DNA of 64,000 nucleotides from Clostridiales bacterium (GTDB lineage Bacteria; Bacillota; Clostridia; Acetivibrionales; RGIG10202): NCBI GenBank assembly GCA_017961515.1, contig JAGCXC010000019.1, positions 2,803 to 66,802 of the forward strand, read 5' to 3'. Shown piece by piece: positions 60,475 to 64,000 of this stretch (position 1 is its first letter; each line of letters starts with the position of its first letter). The notes under the pieces were generated by a model. It saw only the letters and a program-made list of their open reading frames with translations, ran no database searches and was not told where the DNA came from. The position numbers and the translations under genes were made by a program.

Positions 60475-61752
60475 ATGATAGTAGAACACAGATCTTCTTT
60501 AAGGGGTGAAATTCGTGTACCGGGCGATAGATCTATATCTCACAAAGCGATTATTATGGCATCTTTAGCAAAAGGAACTTCTGAAATAAATGACGTATTC
60601 ATGAGCGAAGACTGTATCAGTACAATTAATTGTTTCAGACAAATGGGGGTTTCAATTGAAATTAGGCCAAATAATTGTCTTAAAATTACCGGTAATGGCA
60701 TTTACGGATTAGTTCAACCTAGATCTTCAATAAACACAGGAAAATCTAATACTGCATTTAGATTATTACTTGGCATACTAGTAGGACAGACTTTTCCTTG
60801 TATCGTCACTCGTGATCCATCTGTACAAAGACGTCTTGTTTCCGACATCGTCATGCCGCTAAAAACAATGGGTGCAAAAATTTTAGGACGTGAAGATGCA
60901 ACTATGTGTCCACTTAATGTACAACCTAGCACACTAAACTCAACCACTTACAATCTAAATCTAGAGAATAGGCATGTTAAATCTTCACTGCTACTTGCTG
61001 GATTGTACGCAAACGACAAAACTATAATAAAAGAATCTGTACCATACAGAAATCATACTGAACTTATGCTTCAGTACTTTGGTGCCAAACTTTCATTTGG
61101 CAAAAATGGGCGTGTTACTATATACAGCGGAAATGACTTATCTGCAAAAAACTTTAATGTACCCGGCGACATATCTATTGCCGCATACTTTATTGTTGCT
61201 GCATCGATAATACCACATTCTGAAATAATGATAAGAAATGTTGGTGTAAATCAAACCAGAAACGGCATAATTGACGTATTAAGATCAATGGGCGCTGAAA
61301 TTGATCTACTAAATGAACATCTTTCTGGAAAAGAACCTGTTGTGGATATACACGTTACCTCGTCAAACCTTAGTTCAACAACTATAGATGCAAAAATTCT
61401 ACCTAGACTTTATAATGAATTACCAGCCTTTATTGTTGCTGCATGTGCTGCAAAAGGAACAAGTAAAATAACTAATTTGCGCGGATATAAAATATTTGAA
61501 AACGAAACCTTATCAAAACTTTGCAAAGAACTTACTAAGCTTGGTGCAAAAATAACTATAAACAACGATACAATAGAAATATTAGGCGGAGTCCCTCTAA
61601 AAGGACGCGTCGTAGAAAGTTATGGTAACAAGGCTCTAACCTTTGCACTATCTACAGCTGCAATTTATGCTGAAGATGAAACGCTAATAAGAAGATCTCA
61701 AGTGTTAGAAACTGCCTTCCCTGATTTTCTTCCTGTTCTAAATTCTTTATAG
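60475..61752 (+). CDS. aroA: EPSP synthase (AroA, class II) family protein with a divergent active site
   Basis: 425 aa, collinear with class II AroA: RVPGDRSISHKAI, GKSNTAFRLLLGIL, PLKTMGAKI, VPGDISIAAYF, NQTRNGIIDVLRSMGA, AFPDF. Many ligand-binding positions differ (see finding). It has its own TTGACA-17-TAAATT promoter, an AGGAGG RBS and a perfect terminator. Confidence 0.8.
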   Translation: MIVEHRSSLRGEIRVPGDRSISHKAIIMASLAKGTSEINDVFMSEDCISTINCFRQMGVSIEIRPNNCLKITGNGIYGLVQPRSSINTGKSNTAFRLLLGILVGQTFPCIVTRDPSVQRRLVSDIVMPLKTMGAKILGREDATMCPLNVQPSTLNSTTYNLNLENRHVKSSLLLAGLYANDKTIIKESVPYRNHTELMLQYFGAKLSFGKNGRVTIYSGNDLSAKNFNVPGDISIAAYFIVAASIIPHSEIMIRNVGVNQTRNGIIDVLRSMGAEIDLLNEHLSGKEPVVDIHVTSSNLSSTTIDAKILPRLYNELPAFIVAACAAKGTSKITNLRGYKIFENETLSKLCKELTKLGAKITINNDTIEILGGVPLKGRVVESYGNKALTFALSTAAIYAEDETLIRRSQVLETAFPDFLPVLNSL

Positions 61753-61777
61753 TCTAATTTTCTTTGCAATTGAATGC

Positions 61778-61818
61778 AAGATATCGGAGTGGAAATCATT
61801 ACTCCGATATCTTTTTTG
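61778..61818 (+). terminator. Rho-independent terminator of the aroA-like gene
   Basis: Perfect 13-bp stem AAGATATCGGAGT/ACTCCGATATCTT with a 10-nt loop, then TTTTG. The right arm is formed by the last codons of the convergent tmk gene. Confidence 0.8.
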
Positions 61819-62422
61819 AAATACACGCCAAAATCTCCTTATGAACTTTATCCACTGATCCCCCAGCATCTATTACTTTTATTCTATTGGGATACATTTG
61901 TGCCACATATTTGTATCCTTGATAAACTTTTTCATGAAAAGAAAGCTTTTCTTTTTCGATTCTATCCTCACCAGTAGCAACAGCCCTTCTCTTCTTTGAC
62001 TCCTTTGGCGATATATCAAAGAAAAGTGTCACATCTGGATATACCCCATCTAAAGCTATCTCATTTACTCTCTCTACCACATCAACACCCAAACCTCGTG
62101 CTATCCCCTGATATACATAACTTGAATCAACAAATCTATCACACAACACTATACAACCTTTTTCTAATGATGGTGCTATCACTTCTTTTATAATCTGTGC
62201 CCTTGCTGCCGCATACAACATCATCTCACATGTGTATGACATATTATCATTTGACACATCAAGTATGATATCTCGTATTCTCTCACTTATTTGAGTCCCA
62301 CCTGGCTCTCTTGTTAGCACTACATCGTATCCCTTATCTACAAGCCATTTTTTTAGTAGTTCTATCTGCGTTGTTTTCCCACATCCATCTAGTCCTTCAA
62401 ATGTAATGAATAATCCCTTCAT
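61799..62422 (-). CDS. tmk: Thymidylate kinase
   Basis: 207 aa. P-loop FEGLDGCGKTTQ, DRFVDSSYVYQG and the LID region. Confidence 0.94.
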   Translation of the reverse strand: MKGLFITFEGLDGCGKTTQIELLKKWLVDKGYDVVLTREPGGTQISERIRDIILDVSNDNMSYTCEMMLYAAARAQIIKEVIAPSLEKGCIVLCDRFVDSSYVYQGIARGLGVDVVERVNEIALDGVYPDVTLFFDISPKESKKRRAVATGEDRIEKEKLSFHEKVYQGYKYVAQMYPNRIKVIDAGGSVDKVHKEILACISKKISE

Positions 62423-62439
62423 ACTAAATCATCCTTTGC

Positions 62440-63831
62440 CTATTTTTTTACTATCTCTATTCTTCCTTCGTATACTCCATTTATAACTGCACCTTTTGCA
62501 TAAATATCTTTAAGATACACCACGTGCTCCTTAGTTATAATCTGTCCAGCTATCACCAATGGCACACCCGGTGGATATGGCACAATCATATTATATGATG
62601 TCGCACCCACCGCATCATCCATTAGTACCAACTCTCGCTTTAGATCTCCCACATCAACCAAATCAACTACTGGACAATCTTTCGGCATTGGCACCATATT
62701 TATGCTACATCTGCCCACTTCTTTAGATGCAATCTCACCTAATGCAAACTCAAGTTTATCTAATCCATCTATACTATCGCACGCTGTAACAATACACACC
62801 ACATTATATGCATCTGCCATCTCCACATGAATATTATATTTAGTTGCTAATATTTTCTGCATGTCATATCCTGATATACCAAGCTCACTAGTATTTATAA
62901 CAAGTCTTGTCTTGTCTTTCTCACTCTCGTGATCATCCAATATCTTTATCCCCGCAAATTTTTGTGTCTCTTTTTTTAATTTATCTATCCTATCGCAAAT
63001 TTTAGTTAATCGGATATTACCTTCTTCCTCCATTATATACCTTGCTATATCAAGCGATGCCATAAATATAAATGACGGGCTAGTGGTTTCTATCATACTA
63101 AGTATCCTCTTTACTTTATTTTTATCAACCCGATCACCCTTGATATGCAAATACGCCGTCTGTGTCAATGCAGGCAATGTCTTATGCGCACTTTGCACCA
63201 CCATGTCCGCACCACAAAAAAGTGCACTCTTAGGTAACCTATCACAAAAATTAAAATGTGCTCCATGCGCTTCATCCACTACTAAAATTTTACCCCTATC
63301 ATGTACAATGCGGGCTATATCCTGTATAGGGGAACATATTCCATAATAGTTAGGTGATGTTATAACTACAACAGTCGCATCAGGATTTTGATCTAATGCA
63401 TCCTCTATATCCTTTGCCAAATATCCTCCGCATATGCCAAACTTTCGCTTGTATACAGGATTCACAAATTTAGCTCTAACACCTATATGCGCTAGAATAT
63501 TAAACACTGATTTATGACAATCTCTCCCCACTATAATTTTATCTTTATGCTTACATGTAGCAAGTAACATTGCATGAATACCACATGTTGATCCATTGAT
63601 AAGAAACAACGTTTCATCTGCACCAAATGCACGTGCTGCAAGCTTTTGTGCTTTTAAAATCGCCCCTTTTGCATCATGTAAATCGTCAGTCAATGGAGTT
63701 TCTGTTACATCCCACTTTATCATATCCTTGTAATAACTAGCAACAGTACTTCCCATCTTATGCCCAGGCATATGAAAAATATTCGGATTCATCGCAATAT
63801 ATTTTTGTATCATGTCATATATAGGTATCAT
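62440..63831 (-). CDS. Orn/Lys/Arg decarboxylase family PLP enzyme (fold type I, YaaO-like)
   Basis: 463 aa. FHMPGHK start and the PLP-lysine block QSAHKTLPALTQ. The pairing upstream of tmk matches the B. subtilis yaaO-tmk arrangement. Confidence 0.85.
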   Translation of the reverse strand: MIPIYDMIQKYIAMNPNIFHMPGHKMGSTVASYYKDMIKWDVTETPLTDDLHDAKGAILKAQKLAARAFGADETLFLINGSTCGIHAMLLATCKHKDKIIVGRDCHKSVFNILAHIGVRAKFVNPVYKRKFGICGGYLAKDIEDALDQNPDATVVVITSPNYYGICSPIQDIARIVHDRGKILVVDEAHGAHFNFCDRLPKSALFCGADMVVQSAHKTLPALTQTAYLHIKGDRVDKNKVKRILSMIETTSPSFIFMASLDIARYIMEEEGNIRLTKICDRIDKLKKETQKFAGIKILDDHESEKDKTRLVINTSELGISGYDMQKILATKYNIHVEMADAYNVVCIVTACDSIDGLDKLEFALGEIASKEVGRCSINMVPMPKDCPVVDLVDVGDLKRELVLMDDAVGATSYNMIVPYPPGVPLVIAGQIITKEHVVYLKDIYAKGAVINGVYEGRIEIVKK

Positions 63832-63835
63832 ATCT

Positions 63836-64000
63836 TTATCCTTTCCTATCTAGCATGTATTTATATATATCCCTCTTGCTCTTGCCTCTATCCTTTGCGA
63901 CATGTTTTATTGCCTCTTTTTCACTTTCGCCGCAATCTACATAGTGTTTAACATGATTCTCTATCGTTAGATCATCCCAAAAATTAGGTGTACAAACATC
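63836..64000 (-). CDS. rsmI: 16S rRNA 2'-O-ribose C1402 methyltransferase RsmI, C-terminal 54 codons only (the N-terminal part lies beyond the window end)
   Basis: My own translation of the minus strand gives ...LTIENHVKHYVDCGESEKEAIKHVAKDRGKSKRDIYKYMLDRKG*, with the stop at 63836-63838. This resembles the typical RsmI C-terminal tail (G.s.KeAik.vak..g..KreiY). The call rests on about 50 aa only. Confidence 0.55.
   Translation of the reverse strand, partial: DVCTPNFWDDLTIENHVKHYVDCGESEKEAIKHVAKDRGKSKRDIYKYMLDRKG

Overview
This 64-kb window comes from a very AT-rich genome (about 30% G+C by eye) of a PolC-type Firmicute. Gene content and order look most like a Clostridia-type organism: polC, mcsA-mcsB-clpC, class 3 FBPase, and both glnS and gltX. 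I call 55 protein-coding genes, 51 of them on the minus strand, packed into long co-directional arrays with gaps of 0-30 nt.

The core content, all on the minus strand and listed in ascending window coordinates, is:
- a partial LCP gene, then polC-ispG-rseP-dxr-cdsA-uppS-(small ORF)-frr-pyrH, tsf-rpsB, and clpX-clpP-tig
- glnS-gltX, directly preceded by a complete F1Fo ATP synthase operon (atpIBEFHAGDC in transcription order) and an upstream processive GT2 synthase
- comEC, nrdR (plus strand), dagK, an RsmB/F-type methyltransferase and comM/yifB
- a thyA-thrS-pgcA-pgi-pheT-pheS array
- fbp-rnhB-rbgA, clpC-mcsB-mcsA, tmk, a PLP decarboxylase and a partial rsmI

I found no rRNA, tRNA, CRISPR, IS element or prophage.

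The unusual material sits in small transcription units, most with their own predicted promoter and/or terminator, wedged between these housekeeping blocks:
1. A 2-TM glycine-zipper protein whose acidic tail carries three tandem [L/P]PxY motifs.
2. A proline-rich protein with two tandem modules resembling eukaryotic actin-regulator segments.
3. Two tandem paralogous ankyrin-repeat proteins, located where ctsR would normally precede mcsA.
4. An orphan polytopic membrane protein.

In addition, two genes are intact ORFs whose catalytic signatures look eroded: an EPSP-synthase (AroA) homologue and a DUF1972/GT4-type glycosyltransferase homologue.

Taken together, this suggests a eukaryote-associated, regulation-poor genome. 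The aminoacyl-tRNA synthetase genes have no T-box leaders, and there is no ctsR gene or CtsR box. This is an inference, not a demonstrated fact.

All product calls rest on motif recognition by eye. Promoters and terminators are sequence-only predictions.
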